A stretch of DNA of 64,000 nt from Octopus bimaculoides. Taxonomy: Eukaryota. Each line of letters opens with the position of its first letter. Position 1 is the first letter of the stretch. The notes beneath the pieces were generated by a model. The model searched no databases. It was not told the origin of the DNA and was given only the letters and a program-made list of their open reading frames with translations. The DNA is taken from the NCBI RefSeq assembly GCF_001194135.2, contig NC_068981.1:5459047-5523046 (forward strand). The letters are read 5' to 3'. This document shows positions 40,771 to 52,946 of this stretch, one piece after another. The translations under genes and the position numbers were made by a program.

Positions 40771-40792
40771 AATAAATTGTGATACAAATAAA
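40771..40792 (+). promoter_or_regulatory. candidate PPP4R1 polyadenylation signals (two AATAAA)
   Basis: AATAAA at 40771 and 40787 followed by a T-rich tract ~40818-40833; proximal AATAAA also at 39312 and 39981. Confidence 0.5.
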
Positions 40793-42598
40793 TATTAATA
40801 CAAAAGATTTTGCTAGTCTTTTTTTTTTTTTTTAAATCAGAAATAAGTGGCAAGTGCTGATGTCCTTGGCAGTTTGGTCAGATTTAGGTAAATCTCTCTT
40901 GCAATGGTTGTTCAGACAACTCAATTATGAAACATCCTTTCAAGGGTTACAGACAGCAATATATGACAGATTTTTCATTTAAGGTGAGGCAGAACCACCT
41001 ATTCTACCTGGCTTTTGGTCTGGTGATGGTATGTTCATATTACTAATGGTTTACCAGTTGCTTTTTTCCAGGTACCATCTTGGTGTGAACTGGTATGTAT
41101 GTATTGCTTGTTGAAGCATAGTGCAGATGGATTTTCTTATTCATTTTAAGTTAAATCAAAATATTCCTCCTGACGGAAACTTTCATGGCTACAGAATCCT
41201 TGCTAAGATTGCTGCCACCTGAGTTCAGTCTCCGGAAAATGTCCAAGCTGTGAAACAGTCTTCTGCATTTTAAATGTTCAGCAAATGTTTGTTTTTTTTT
41301 GTTTTTTTTTTTATTCGTCCAACAATCAGAAGAACCTTACATACAAATCTCCACTTTGGTATAAGATGTTTGCTGGATACAAACCCTGATTGTATCCTAA
41401 CCTTACACACTTCACGTCAAACCTGCACTTGTTCCACACCTCAAAACTACATCCACCAATGAATAGGGGCCAACATTGTCTTTTCCTTCAGCAGCACAAA
41501 AAATGCACTCATTCCTAGTTTTTCCAATACATAACTTCCTTAAAGACAAATCACCAAAATCTATACATGGACCTACATGCAGTGCTGCCAGACTCTTTTA
41601 CTGGCCTCATTCAGAGGCTAAGGCCATGCTTGAGCACCATTCCTTCGGAGTGTTTGAGTCTCTTTTCTGTGCTGTTTCTCGTGAAGTAGTGAGTTGGATG
41701 GAGCTGTTTCTGGATTCAACTGGTTTCTCATAAAAATTTATCCAGACTTTGTTTTAAAGTCTGGCAAAATCTCTTGAGGTTGTTTGGCAGAATGTTTATA
41801 GTACTGGGTCCTTATTCTTCTTATACTCAGAATGAACCTAAAGCAGTGAATTAAACAGAGTTGTCTTTCTTGGTATGCAGAAGCTTGAAATGGAATTTGG
41901 TCAACAGGGTTGGCTCTGAAATGATTTGGTGTTTTTTTTTTTTTTTTTTTGGCACCTTTTGCCTAAAATGAGAATTTTTCTCCATGGCAAACCAGTGACA
42001 GTAGGGTCTTTTTTTTATATTTACAGTTTAAATCTGTCCCAAATATATTTGATTTGATCTATAAGTTTTAATTCACAACATTGCTTCATGTGCTTACTGC
42101 ACCCTGTCTTCTTGACCAGTTATCTAAAATATACTAAACATGCACTGAGAAATTCCGAAAACTAAAATGCAGTACCTCAAATGACACCTGGCAACTTGCT
42201 TTCAAGGCACCCTGCTAGGGACATACCCAAAACAAGGCTTGGACACTACATTTTAAAGTCTCCTGTCTGGATTTTAAACATAACCTCCCATACTGGGAAA
42301 TCTGTGCTTTTACGTGGTGTGCCAGGAAGATGAACAAGATTACACTAGACATTTTGCTGATGGATGTACCCACACCTAGCAGTGCCCTCATAGAAAATAC
42401 CAGCCAGTTCATAAGTCGAGTGCAGTAAAAAAGACCACCTATTTTGACCGAAAGAATGTATCTCATGATGAACCAACACCTGATGACAGATTCAGGAGGA
42501 AGAACTTTATAACATTTTCGAAAATGTGAAAACACCAAAAGAAAAGCTCAACAACCTCAAGGGAAAGCTCCAGGGAATATTGTACCAGCCGTCAAAAC

Positions 42599-43734
42599 CA
42601 GTGATTCCCAACCTGGGGCATGATAATATTTTGGTGAGGCATGTGTAGGGGTTATGTTGAATTTATACCTTTAGTACACAATGTTTAATATACCAATAGA
42701 GAAAGGAGGCAATTCAAGAATGAGTTATTAAAAAAAAAAAAATTCTTCACATCCCCTTCTGTGGACAAGTTTATCAAATTTTGGACACTTTAGAGACAAC
42801 AGATTGTTTTAATAATAATAATGATGAGACCTGGATCTGATGTCTCTAAAGTGGAGATAGAGTATTTCCTTCGATTTAGCGGTATGTGAAAACATGTAGG
42901 TAATTACAAATGCATTTGTGTATGCATGCATGTAGGATCGAACTGGTCAGTAGTGAAAGCAATGCCATCTGAATTCCCTCTGGAGACACAGAACTATGTG
43001 TACGGGTGTGTCTAAGAGTGTTCAGTCTTTTGTCTCTGGCGACAGAAATCTAGATCCGCAAGAAAAATGTGGTGCTGTAGAGTGTTGATGAGGGATGCAA
43101 GAATTAAATGGAGTGGAAGTAAAGGGTGGCGGCAGAGAACGAAGCAAAACAGGCAGAGATAGAGATTTGTGGTACTGGTGATGCGCACACGTATATATGT
43201 GAACAGAGATGAAAATTAACAGGTCATTTTATTCCCACCAGTCAGTTTGTGAATTCAGCACGTAAAGTAAAAATCTTCCATCATTGATACAAAAGCTTTT
43301 GCAGCTGAGAAGATTCACAGAATATTTTTTTGGTTCTTTTTGANNNNNNNNNNNNNNNNNNNNNNNNNNNNNNNNNNNNNNNNNNNNNNNNNNNNNNNNN
43401 NNNNNNNNNNNNNNNNNNNNNNNNNNNNNNNNNNNNNNNNNNNNNNNNNNNNNNNNNNNNNNNNNNNNNNNNNNNNNNNNNNNNNNNNNNNNNNNNNNNN
43501 NNNNNNNNNNNNNNNNNNNNNNNNNNNNNNNNNNNNNNNNNNNNNNNNNNNNNNNNNNNNNNNNNNNNNNNNNNNNNNNNNNNNNNNNNTTTTTTTTTTT
43601 TTTTTTTTTTTATACATCCATTGCACTATTTTTTTTCAGGTAATATTGTAAACATTAACCAAATTTTGAATAATAAAAATTAAATATCACATGGGGGCAT
43701 CAGGGTTTTAGAAATGATTGGGTTGGAACCACTG
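42599..43734. mobile_element. possible hAT-type non-autonomous element spanning a gap
   Basis: CAGTGATTCCCAACC start and GGTTGGAACCACTG end; flanks match only 5/8, so the ends may belong to two elements. Confidence 0.35.
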
Positions 43735-44934
43735 GTCTACATTATCAATATATGAAAGTTTAATAAGGAACGAAGTCTGAGTGGCATGTAAAAAGCACCA
43801 TTCAAGTGTGGTCGATGCCAGCTGATTGGTCCTGTGCCGGTGGAACGTAAAATACAACCACTACACTCTTGGAGTGGTTGGCATTAGGAAGGGCATCCAG
43901 CTGTAGAAACTCTGCCAGATCAGATTGGAGCCTGAGGCAGCCTTCTGGCTCACCCAGTCCTCAGTCACAGTCCAACCCATGACAGCATGGAAAGTGGACG
44001 TTAAACGATGATGATGAACAAAATAGCAGATACAGACATACCAGTGTATATATATATATATATATTAAATAACATTAATGGCAGAGGTTTAGAAATTAAC
44101 AGGAAGCTAGAGTTAAACGAGAGAACCAAGCCATATGCCTCTAAGAAACCTGGAATCAGGCTGAGGGACCACAAATTCAATTTCCTAATCAACCCCTCAG
44201 TAAGACTAATTTACTTATCTAAATCCAACAAGCATTGGATTAGCTAGTTAATCATAGGTAGCATAATACCCACCCTTAAATCTGATTAGCCCTGTGATCT
44301 GACACCCGTAAAGTAACAGCTGGGTTTAAGCAACTAGATACAGAAAACTTACACTACATAGGCGCAAGAGTAGCTGTGTGGTAAGTAGCTTGTTTACCAA
44401 CTACATGGTTCCAGGTTCAGTACCACTGCGTGGTACCTCAGGTAGGTGTCTTCTATTAAAGCCTTAGGAACATTGTGCACTCTAGGAATAGCTTATATTT
44501 TGAATTGGTGGTTATGAGCCCTGTTCTTGACAAGCACTCTCTGAGTGGTTGGCGTTAGGAAGGGCATCCAGCTGTAGAAACTCTGCCAAATTAGATTGGA
44601 GCCTGATGTAGCCATCCGGTTGCACCAGTCCTCAGTCAAATCGTCCAACCCATGCTAGCATGGAAAGCGGACGTTAAATGATGATGATACATATTATATA
44701 TATATGTATATTTGAATATGTATATATATATACACATACAGTGTTAAGCGGACAGCAGAACTCGAGGCAATTCAGCAGCACTATNNNNNNNNNNNNNNNN
44801 NNNNNNNNNNNNNNNNNNNNNNNNNNNNNNNNNNNNNNNNNNNNNNNNNNNNNNNNNNNNNNNNNNNNNNNNNNNNNNNNNNNNATGCTAGCATGGAAAG
44901 CGGACGTTAAACGATGATGATGACAATGATGATG

Positions 44935-44996
44935 ATACACATACATATATATCTACATACATATATACATACATATATATATACATACATATACAC

Positions 44997-45029
<33 letters not shown>

Positions 45030-45105
45030 CATACATATATATATACATATATATATTTACATATTCATATTTATATACATATACATATGTATATACAAAT
45101 ATATA
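44935..45105. repeat. compound ATAC/AT low-complexity repeat
   Basis: direct reading. Confidence 0.93.
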
Positions 45106-46633
45106 ATTTAGAGAAAAAAAACACAATTATTGAATTCATCCATGAAAATCCATAATCACACATAAAAAAAAATTAGTAAGTAAATACGCTAAAAAGACCT
45201 ATAATAAAAACACAAAGTAATAAATATTAAAATAATAAAATGACTACATGTGTTTCAGAACCACATTTTGAAATAGAAAATAAAATAAAAATCAAATCGA
45301 CTCAAAATAAATCGATCAAAAATCAATTCTATTCTAAAATATAGCTAATCTTCGGGTCAAAATAATAATAATAATAATAAAATGAATGTATATATATCGA
45401 CTAACAATAAATATCAAATGAAGTTATATCAAAATACTTATTCTACCAATAAATAAAAGAAAAACATTTAACAATATTACTGAAAATAAATGCAATACTC
45501 ATCTTATCGAAGCTTTAGTTTAAACTAAAATTTTAACCATTATACTATTAACTTAGTGTTTATTAGAATTAAGTTGCGTGAAAATATGGCGTAAAGAAAA
45601 GTAATAGAATAAAGTGATATATAAAAAATGAATGAGAGTTCTATTTATAAAATCAAAATGTATTTTAGCTTTAATTATAATAAAAAAATTAACTGTATTA
45701 CAAANNNNNNNNNNTTAAAATCTATATAATTTTTAAGACTTATTAAGACAAAAATACATAAATTATATAATATATACCAAAGAAGTTAAAATAGTTATAT
45801 ATATATATATATATAAATAAACATTTGTGTAATATTGTTTGTTTTTTCCAGTCCTTGTTTTTGTATATATTCACTTTATATAGCAGTGTATGTAAATATA
45901 TGTAAATATACATTATATGTAAATATACATTTTTCTAAATCTTGTATGACTCTTATTTCTGTCTATCAGTCCCTTCACCCTTATTCGTTCCCCCTCTCTC
46001 ACATTTCCTTGCCTTCTCTTCTTGCTCACTTTCCCTCCACTTTTCACTTCACTGTGTCACTGTCATTTTTTCTCACCCCTCCTTAATTCTTTTGTCCTTC
46101 TGCCTCTACCTCTCTCCCTTCTCTTTCCATGTGATTGGTGTTCAGCCAAGCCTGACCTTTCTTTCTTGTCCAGCTGTTGTTCGTGCAACATTGTTATTTC
46201 TCCCTGTGCCTGTGAAATCTTGTATCCCTGCTGTAAGGCCTTATTTCCATCTACGCCAGCTTAATTTAATTCGTCCTTAGTTGAAAGACATCTGTTGTTA
46301 TGTCCCCTTATTATTCCTACTGTATTTGTATAACATTGTTCGTTTCTTTCCGTCCTTGGTTTCGTATAGATTCGCTGCTTTCTTCCAAGGAATCTAATGC
46401 TCTTAGCTTAGTTTTTCTTTGGGCTGGCCAGATTAGAGCAATATCAAGAATAACCAGTCAAAATTGCAAGGATAATCTGGATCTCAACTGAAGAGAGAAA
46501 ACTCCGAATGACCTGTCCATGTTTTCTTTGTACCGTCTATCTGGATGTTTGCATTCTTGTCCCATGCTGTATTATTTGTATATATTTATATAGCAGCGTA
46601 CGTACACCTTGTCTCTTATACATACATACATAC

Positions 46634-46664
<31 letters not shown>

Positions 46665-48167
46665 TATACATACATACCATCATCATCATTTTATGTCCAC
46701 TTTCCATGCTGGCATGGGTTGGATGGTGTGACTGAGGACTGGTGAGCCAGGAGGCTGCACCAGGCTCCACTCTGATCTGGCAATATTTGTACAGCTGGAT
46801 GCCCTTCCTAATGCCAACTACTCCAAGAGTGTAGTGGGTGCTTTTACATGCCACCAGCACTAGGTCCAGTCTGTTGGTTCTGGCAACGACCATGCTCAAA
46901 AGGTGCTTTTACGTGCTACCTGCATGGGAGCCAGTCTGGTGGCACTGGCAACAACCACACTCAAATGTTGTTTTTCACGTGGCACTGGCACATGTGCCAG
47001 TAAAGCGACGCTGGCAATGATCATGCTCGAATGGTGCTGTAATTTGGTCTCAGGAGACATTGTTTCCAGCTGGCTATACGACACGATCTGTGTTCTTATA
47101 TTTTCGAACAAGGCTAAATTACAGCAACATTTGTCCTAAACCAGGACATAAAGAATCACATATCAAGTGATTTTTTTTACTTAATGCAATGTTCAACTTT
47201 ATTATCGCAGTCACAAATTATTCAAAATTATGGTTATGAACTTAGGACCCTGAGCTGTTTTTTTCTCTGGCATCAGGGGTGGATGAGATACCTATGGTGT
47301 TGCTTTTAAAAGTAAAGGAGGAGTAATGAAGTATGATTATAGAAAAGATTATGTTGAATATTGAAACATTTGAGTCGGAGAAGGAAATCCAGGCCCCAGG
47401 AGAATAAATGTGACTGTAATGACCTGAGGAGAGTGCTCATGATGAGTGAAAAGTAATCTTAGGAAAGGTAAATTAATTAGTTTGTTTAAAACTTATCTGG
47501 TATCAGAGAAATTGTGACTCTCAAAGATTCTGTATGTTTAGGATAAAAAGAGGAAAAGATAGGAGAAATAGCTGGGAAATAGCTTCCAATGTTATTGATG
47601 CAAGAGATTGGTGAGCTGCACCAAACTACATGTATGCCATTGGAAATTTCATTTCCTTCTTTGGATTTTAGTTTTTCTCCTTCCTAATGAAGAGCTAATG
47701 CTTGAAATGTCAAACTCTCTCTTTTCATTGAGTGTCAAACTAATACATTTCTTGTGCACGCCCTTACGCTTTTTGACTATATGTTTGTGTGTATGTGTGT
47801 TAAGCATGTATTATGGATGTGTGTGCGTAGGAATGTCTGTATATGTTGCTATGTGTGTGCATATGTGTGGCTTGCAGGTTAAGTGTTTATATGTTGGAGA
47901 CAGCCAATGCGTGTGTGTGTGTGTGTGAATATCTATCTGTATATGTTACTATGTGTGTGTGTGTGTGTGTGTGCGGGTAATATATTTACTGATTGAAGAA
48001 TTAAGTAGAGTTCAGAAGAGCCAATATATACATTGAGAAATGGTCAAAGGAAATTTGGGTCTGTCATTGGTGGATTTAGACACCATGGAGACAGCAGCTT
48101 CTCTTGTTACTGCTTGCATTATTAACAACACAAAGAGAGAGTTTTATGGGTTTTTATTTTCATTCCT

Positions 48168-48181
48168 TCATGACAAAACAC
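48168..48181 (-). CDS. minus-strand gene probable terminal exon (C)VLS-stop
   Basis: ctttcttttacag acceptor, GT GTT TTG TCA TGA in phase 1; AATAAA on minus strand at 48158-48153. Confidence 0.6.
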
Positions 48182-48332
48182 CTGTAAAAGAAAGATGGAA
48201 TTTAGATTTCTGACATTAAATTCAATTAATGAATCTGGAGCACAAACATTTAAAAGTGGTCCCTCCAATTCTCCTTACAATTGGTCAGCCCCTATCATTG
48301 GTCATAGTGCCTATTATTCCCCATATTCCCTC

Positions 48333-48815
48333 TTAACCCTTTCGATACCAACGTGGCTGAAACTGTCTTTGGCTCTGTAGTACAAATGTCTTGTTTTCAT
48401 AAGTTTTGAATTAAAATCCTCCACCAAACCTTAGTCACAATTTATGTTCCTAACACTAGCTTAATGATAACTAAGTTATTTTACTAAATTCCTTGTTATA
48501 TTTACAATTAATTGAAAGAAACACAGAACATCTCAACAGAAATATGGTAACAAAAGGGTTAAGATCTATAATAGAGAAACAATCCTTAACCCTTTTGATA
48601 CCAACCTGGCTGAAACCAGCTCTGGCTCTGTAGTACAAATGTCTTGTTTTCATAAGTTTTGAATTAAAATCTTCCACCAAACCTTAGTCACAATTTATGT
48701 TCCTAACACTAACTTAATGATAACTAAGTTATTTTACTAAATTCTTTGTTATATTTAAAATTAATTGAAAGAAACACAGAGAATCTCAACAGAAATACAA
48801 TAATGAAAGGGTTAA
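48333..48815. mobile_element. two adjacent TTAA-flanked (piggyBac-type) MITE copies, 48333-48562 and 48586-48815
   Basis: each TTAA-CCCTTT...AAAGGG-TTAA, closely similar, 23-bp spacer. Confidence 0.85.
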
Positions 48816-48885
48816 TTGTTGCGAATCGTCATGTGACTGCCTCAACAAGCCAACCATGACCTCTAAGAAAATCAAATACTATTGG

Positions 48886-49110
48886 GTTGGTGCATAATTA
48901 TTGCAACTTTTTTCCAACAAAAACAATAACAACATGTAACAAAAACATCTTTAAATGATTATTCCAGAGCATATTCACCATCTTCTTCAATTACTGCTTC
49001 CCATTTGCTTGGCAGACGGTCAGACCATCATTTAAAGATGTTTTGTTAAATATTGTTATTGTTTTTGTTGAATAAAATTTGTTGAAAAAAAGCCACAATA
49101 ATTCTCTACA
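48886..49110 (-). mobile_element. mariner deletion derivative
   Basis: TATTGGGTTGGTGCATAATTATTGC mariner-type TIR; minus strand encodes DRLPSKWEAVIEEDGEY (mariner C-terminus); internal inverted AAACATCTTTAAATGAT. Confidence 0.7.
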
Positions 49111-49111
49111 T

Positions 49112-49680
49112 CAGATACACTACCTTGTGGTATTCGCTGCAAACCTCTTCAGTGAGGAGAATCCCAGAGCCAAACAGTTCCTTTTATTTTCTTTTGGTAC
49201 CATGGCCAGAATGTAGGACATGTCCTGCCAATTCTCTGTTCTTTGTTTTCTGTAACAATTCCTCTTTTTCCTGATATTCAAATGCCTCTTTCTTTCAACC
49301 GGTTCATCAAATGTGACATCCACATCACCCTTCTCCTTCTTCTCCTCCTCCTTTTCCCTTCAATCTTTCCAGTCATCCCTAAATGCTCCAGGCCCTCTTC
49401 CTTCGTCACATGACCAAGAAACCTCAGTCGCTTGGCCCTTTACCTCGCAAAGCAGTCTCCTACTTACTGCAGCTCGGGTCGTCACTTCTTCATTAGACAC
49501 TTTACCTGTCCATGCCAGCTTCCCAAACACCTTCTCACTTCTGATGCTATAAGTCCATGCCTCACTTCCATACATTAACACAAGGTAGACATAGCAGCTC
49601 AATATACAGATCCGTGTCTTGATGCTCAGATGGATTCTCAAGATGTAATACCAGTTCAATACTTGGGTCAATTCTTCTCT
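49112..49680 (-). mobile_element. RTE-clade non-LTR retrotransposon 3' remnant
   Basis: LSIKTRICILSCYVYLVLMYGSEAWT...WTGKVSNEEV, typical RTE ORF2 C-terminus, frameshifted. Confidence 0.85.
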
Positions 49681-50005
49681 CTCTCTCTCTCTCTTCTCCT
49701 GTCCATCTTTGTTTCTTATTTCTTTATTGACCACAAGGGGCTAAACATAGAGGGGACAAACAAAGACAGACAAAGGGGTTAAGTCGATTACATCGACCCC
49801 AGTGCGTAACAGGTATTTAATTTATCGAAGCCGAAAGGATGAAAGGCAAAGCTGACCTCAGCGGAATTTGAACTCAGAACATAGCAGAAGACAAAATATC
49901 GCTGAGCATTTCACCCAGCTCGCTGCCATCTTTGTTTTTGAATGCAAGTCTATGGTCAAGACATGCTGCTGTATGAAATGGTACTGCTTCTACAGTTCCA
50001 CTCAC

Positions 50006-50062
50006 AAGGGTAGGCCACCATCAGAGAGATCTGCCACTTCAGACCTTTATTGATTTGAAATT
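50006..50062 (-). CDS. minus-strand gene exon h: (E)FQINKGLKWQISLMVAYP
   Basis: ttgatttgcttccag acceptor, GTGAGT donor, 57 nt phase 1/1. Confidence 0.72.
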
Positions 50063-50591
50063 CTGGAAGCAAATCAAGTGTGTTTCTTGTGAGTCCAGTA
50101 TCTCAGGCACCAGCTGACCAACGCTGACTAGTGGTGTTGACCATGGACACTGACAGATAAAACAAAGAGAGACAGACTTAGTTCTATCAAAAAGCCACAA
50201 CATTATAGACATGATGTCATTGTCTGTAATGGAGGGTGGGGTGGGGTCTTTATAGTTCCATCAGTCATTGACCTGTGTTAGATATAAAATAGTGAGAACC
50301 ACCTGGGAATTGAACTCACATCATCAGGTGAATTACAGATTGTTTAGTAACATCTGGTTATAGTTCCAAGACATCAAGCTGGCTGAATTGTAAGAATTTG
50401 CAACATTTTTGTCCTCTCTTTACATTTTGAGCTCAAATTCTGTTGAGGTTGACTTTAGCTTTCATCCTTTCAGGGTCAATACATTAAACACCACATGAGC
50501 CCTGGGGATGGATGTAATCAACTTATCTTCTCCCCACCGCAAAAGTACTGGTCTTGTGCTGAAATTTGGAGCCACACCTATGGACTATTTA

Positions 50592-51009
50592 TTTGGTCTT
50601 CGCTTCAGTTTTGTTATTTTAGTTCCTTTGTCAGAGCTCTTTCCTCACACCTCCTGTGACCTCTTCAGTGACTCTCTATCCCATGTGTCTCCTTTTGTTC
50701 TACTTCCTCCATTTTGTCTTTCTGTGGTATGTATCTTTATCTGTGCATGCATTTGCGTTTTGTACCTGTGTATGTGTACATGCATGCAGATACACGCACA
50801 CACATACATATGCGCATGCATACACACACAGGTACAAACACAAATGCATGCACACATAAAGATACCACAGAAAGACAAAATGGAGGAAGTAGAACAAAAG
50901 CAGACACATGACATGGAGAGTCACTGAAGAGGTCACAGGATGTGTAAGGAAAGAGCTTTGACAAAGGAACTAAAATAATAAAAATAATAAAACTGAAGCG
51001 AAGACCAAA
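50592..51009. repeat. 418-bp foldback (long imperfect palindrome) flanked by TA
   Basis: TTTGGTCTTCGCTTCAGTTTT... mirrored by ...AAAACTGAAGCGAAGACCAAA; ~190-200-nt arms, CA/TG-rich centre. Confidence 0.88.
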
Positions 51010-51893
51010 TATGTAGTTCGTGTGTTTAATTGGTAAAATAATAATAATTTATGGCAATCAGAAACTTTCTGTTTGTTCCCAAAACAATTTGCTGAGTTTA
51101 TTTCATATGTTAAATTGGGAAAGTACATCTTCAGTTTATAATGCTGAGCTCAGTTCCTCTTGTAGCTGTGATCCCATCCAGGGGCAGATGAGTCTCTCTG
51201 ACACTATGGAAACTGAAGGACTGACCCCAGGAATGGAAGAATTTCTTCAATGGAGTACTACTTTTTAAATATCTGGATGGTTTGCAATTAACACCTTTTT
51301 ACCTTTTACTTGTTTCAGTCATTAGACTATGGCCATGCTGGGGCACCATCTTGAACAATTCTTGTTGAACAAATTGTCCTCAGTACTTATTTTCAAGTCT
51401 GGTATTTATACTATTGGTTTCTTTTGCTAAACTGCTAAGTTCAGGGGTATAAACAAACCAACACTGGTTATCAAGTGGTGTTGAGAAACAAACAGAAAGC
51501 CACAAACACACAGACATCATCATCATTTAACGTCTGTTGTCCATGCTGGTATGGATTGGACGGTTTGACCAGGGCTGGCATGCTGGAAGGCTGCACCGGG
51601 CTCCAGTCTGATTTGGCATGGTTTTTCTACAGCTGGATGCCCTTTCTAATGCCAACCACTCCGAGAGTGTAGTGGGTGCCTTTTATGTCCCACCAGCATG
51701 GGTGCCATTTATGTGACACTGGGGTGCATTTACGTGCCAATTTGCATGACACTGGTATCTGCCACGACTGCGATTTTGCTCAGTTTGATGGGTCTTCATC
51801 TCAAGCACAACATAATGCCAAAGGTCTTGGTCATTGCCTCCGTGAGCCAAAACACTCAAAAGAAACTCAGCCACTTTGCCTCCATGATGTATG

Positions 51894-51927
<34 letters not shown>

Positions 51928-52032
51928 TCATCATCATTGTCGTCATTTAAAGTCTGTTGTCCATGCAGGCATGGGTTGGATAGTTTGACTGGGCTGATAC
52001 GCTGGAAGGCTGCACCAGACTCCAGTCTGGAT

Positions 52033-52068
<36 letters not shown>

Positions 52069-52762
52069 CAGGCTTCTTTCAGTTTCCGCCTACCAAATCC
52101 ACTGAAAAGGCTTCGGTTTGCCCGAGGCTATAATAGAAGACCCTTGCCCTAGGTACCAAGCAGTAGGACTGAACACCAAACCCTGTGGCTGGGAAGCAAG
52201 CTTCTTCGCAATAGCTACATAACATTGACACAGAGTGTAGAGTTAGTTTCTTGCTCAAGGCTACAACTCAATAACATCAGTCAGACCTGAACTAGACTAA
52301 GGTTGCCAGTAGGCCATCTCCTCATCCTCAAAGCCATTTCAGCCCTGAGACAATTTGAGTTGTACAGTCCCTTATGCCCTGATCCTTCTCTCTCCCTGAA
52401 TTACATGGAGGAAATCTCGCAAAGGATTTCATCTTAGCCACCCTTGTTACCCAACCTTTTGCTCTCACTCTCTCACAACACCACAGTTTCTGGAGACAAT
52501 GGCCACACATCGAAAACATACCCCTGAAACACCCCCCATTACTTACATAACAGGGCATGGCCAATGTACCCCACCTAAACACCCCATTAGTTATATAACA
52601 TCCCCCTTGAATTACCCCCTTCACTTACCAACTGACCTTTCATGCAGTTATGATGACAAAAGAAAAATTTTTCTCAACATTTTTACTGGGATCCATTATC
52701 TTTTACTTGTTTCAGTCATTAGACTGTGGCCATGCTGGGGCAACACCTCGAAGGGTTTAGTT

Positions 52763-52946
52763 CAGTGGTTCGCGACTTTTTCACTACCAAGGACCCCTTT
52801 TATTTAAATGAGTTTTCCCACAGACCCCTTCTAATATGCTTATCCTTATGCATATATATATATGAAATCAAAATTTAATTCATGGACCCTCAGTACTACC
52901 TTTGCAGACCATCAGGGGTCCATAGACCCCAGGTTGGGAACTACTG
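52763..52946. mobile_element. hAT-type MITE (same family as 19122) nested in a SINE tail
   Basis: CAGTGGTTCGCGAC...GTTGGGAACTACTG; perfect 8-bp TSD GTTTAGTT. Confidence 0.88.

Noticed and set aside
45100-45700. Mitochondrial insertion (NUMT) interpretation of the AT-rich island
   Set aside because: No mitochondrial protein, rRNA or tRNA motif recognised by eye on either strand
47040-47135. Minus-strand acceptor with open frame DKCCCNLALFENIRTQ...
   Set aside because: Phase 0 does not fit the phase-1 end of exon h, no donor before it runs into a SINE, and it lies beyond the predicted stop
50063-50152. Upstream alternative acceptor (ttatctgtcag) for exon h
   Set aside because: In the required phase 1 it hits TGA after 15 codons (VSMVNTTSQRWSAGA*); the phase-0 reading CPWSTPLVS... 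does not fit the preceding exon
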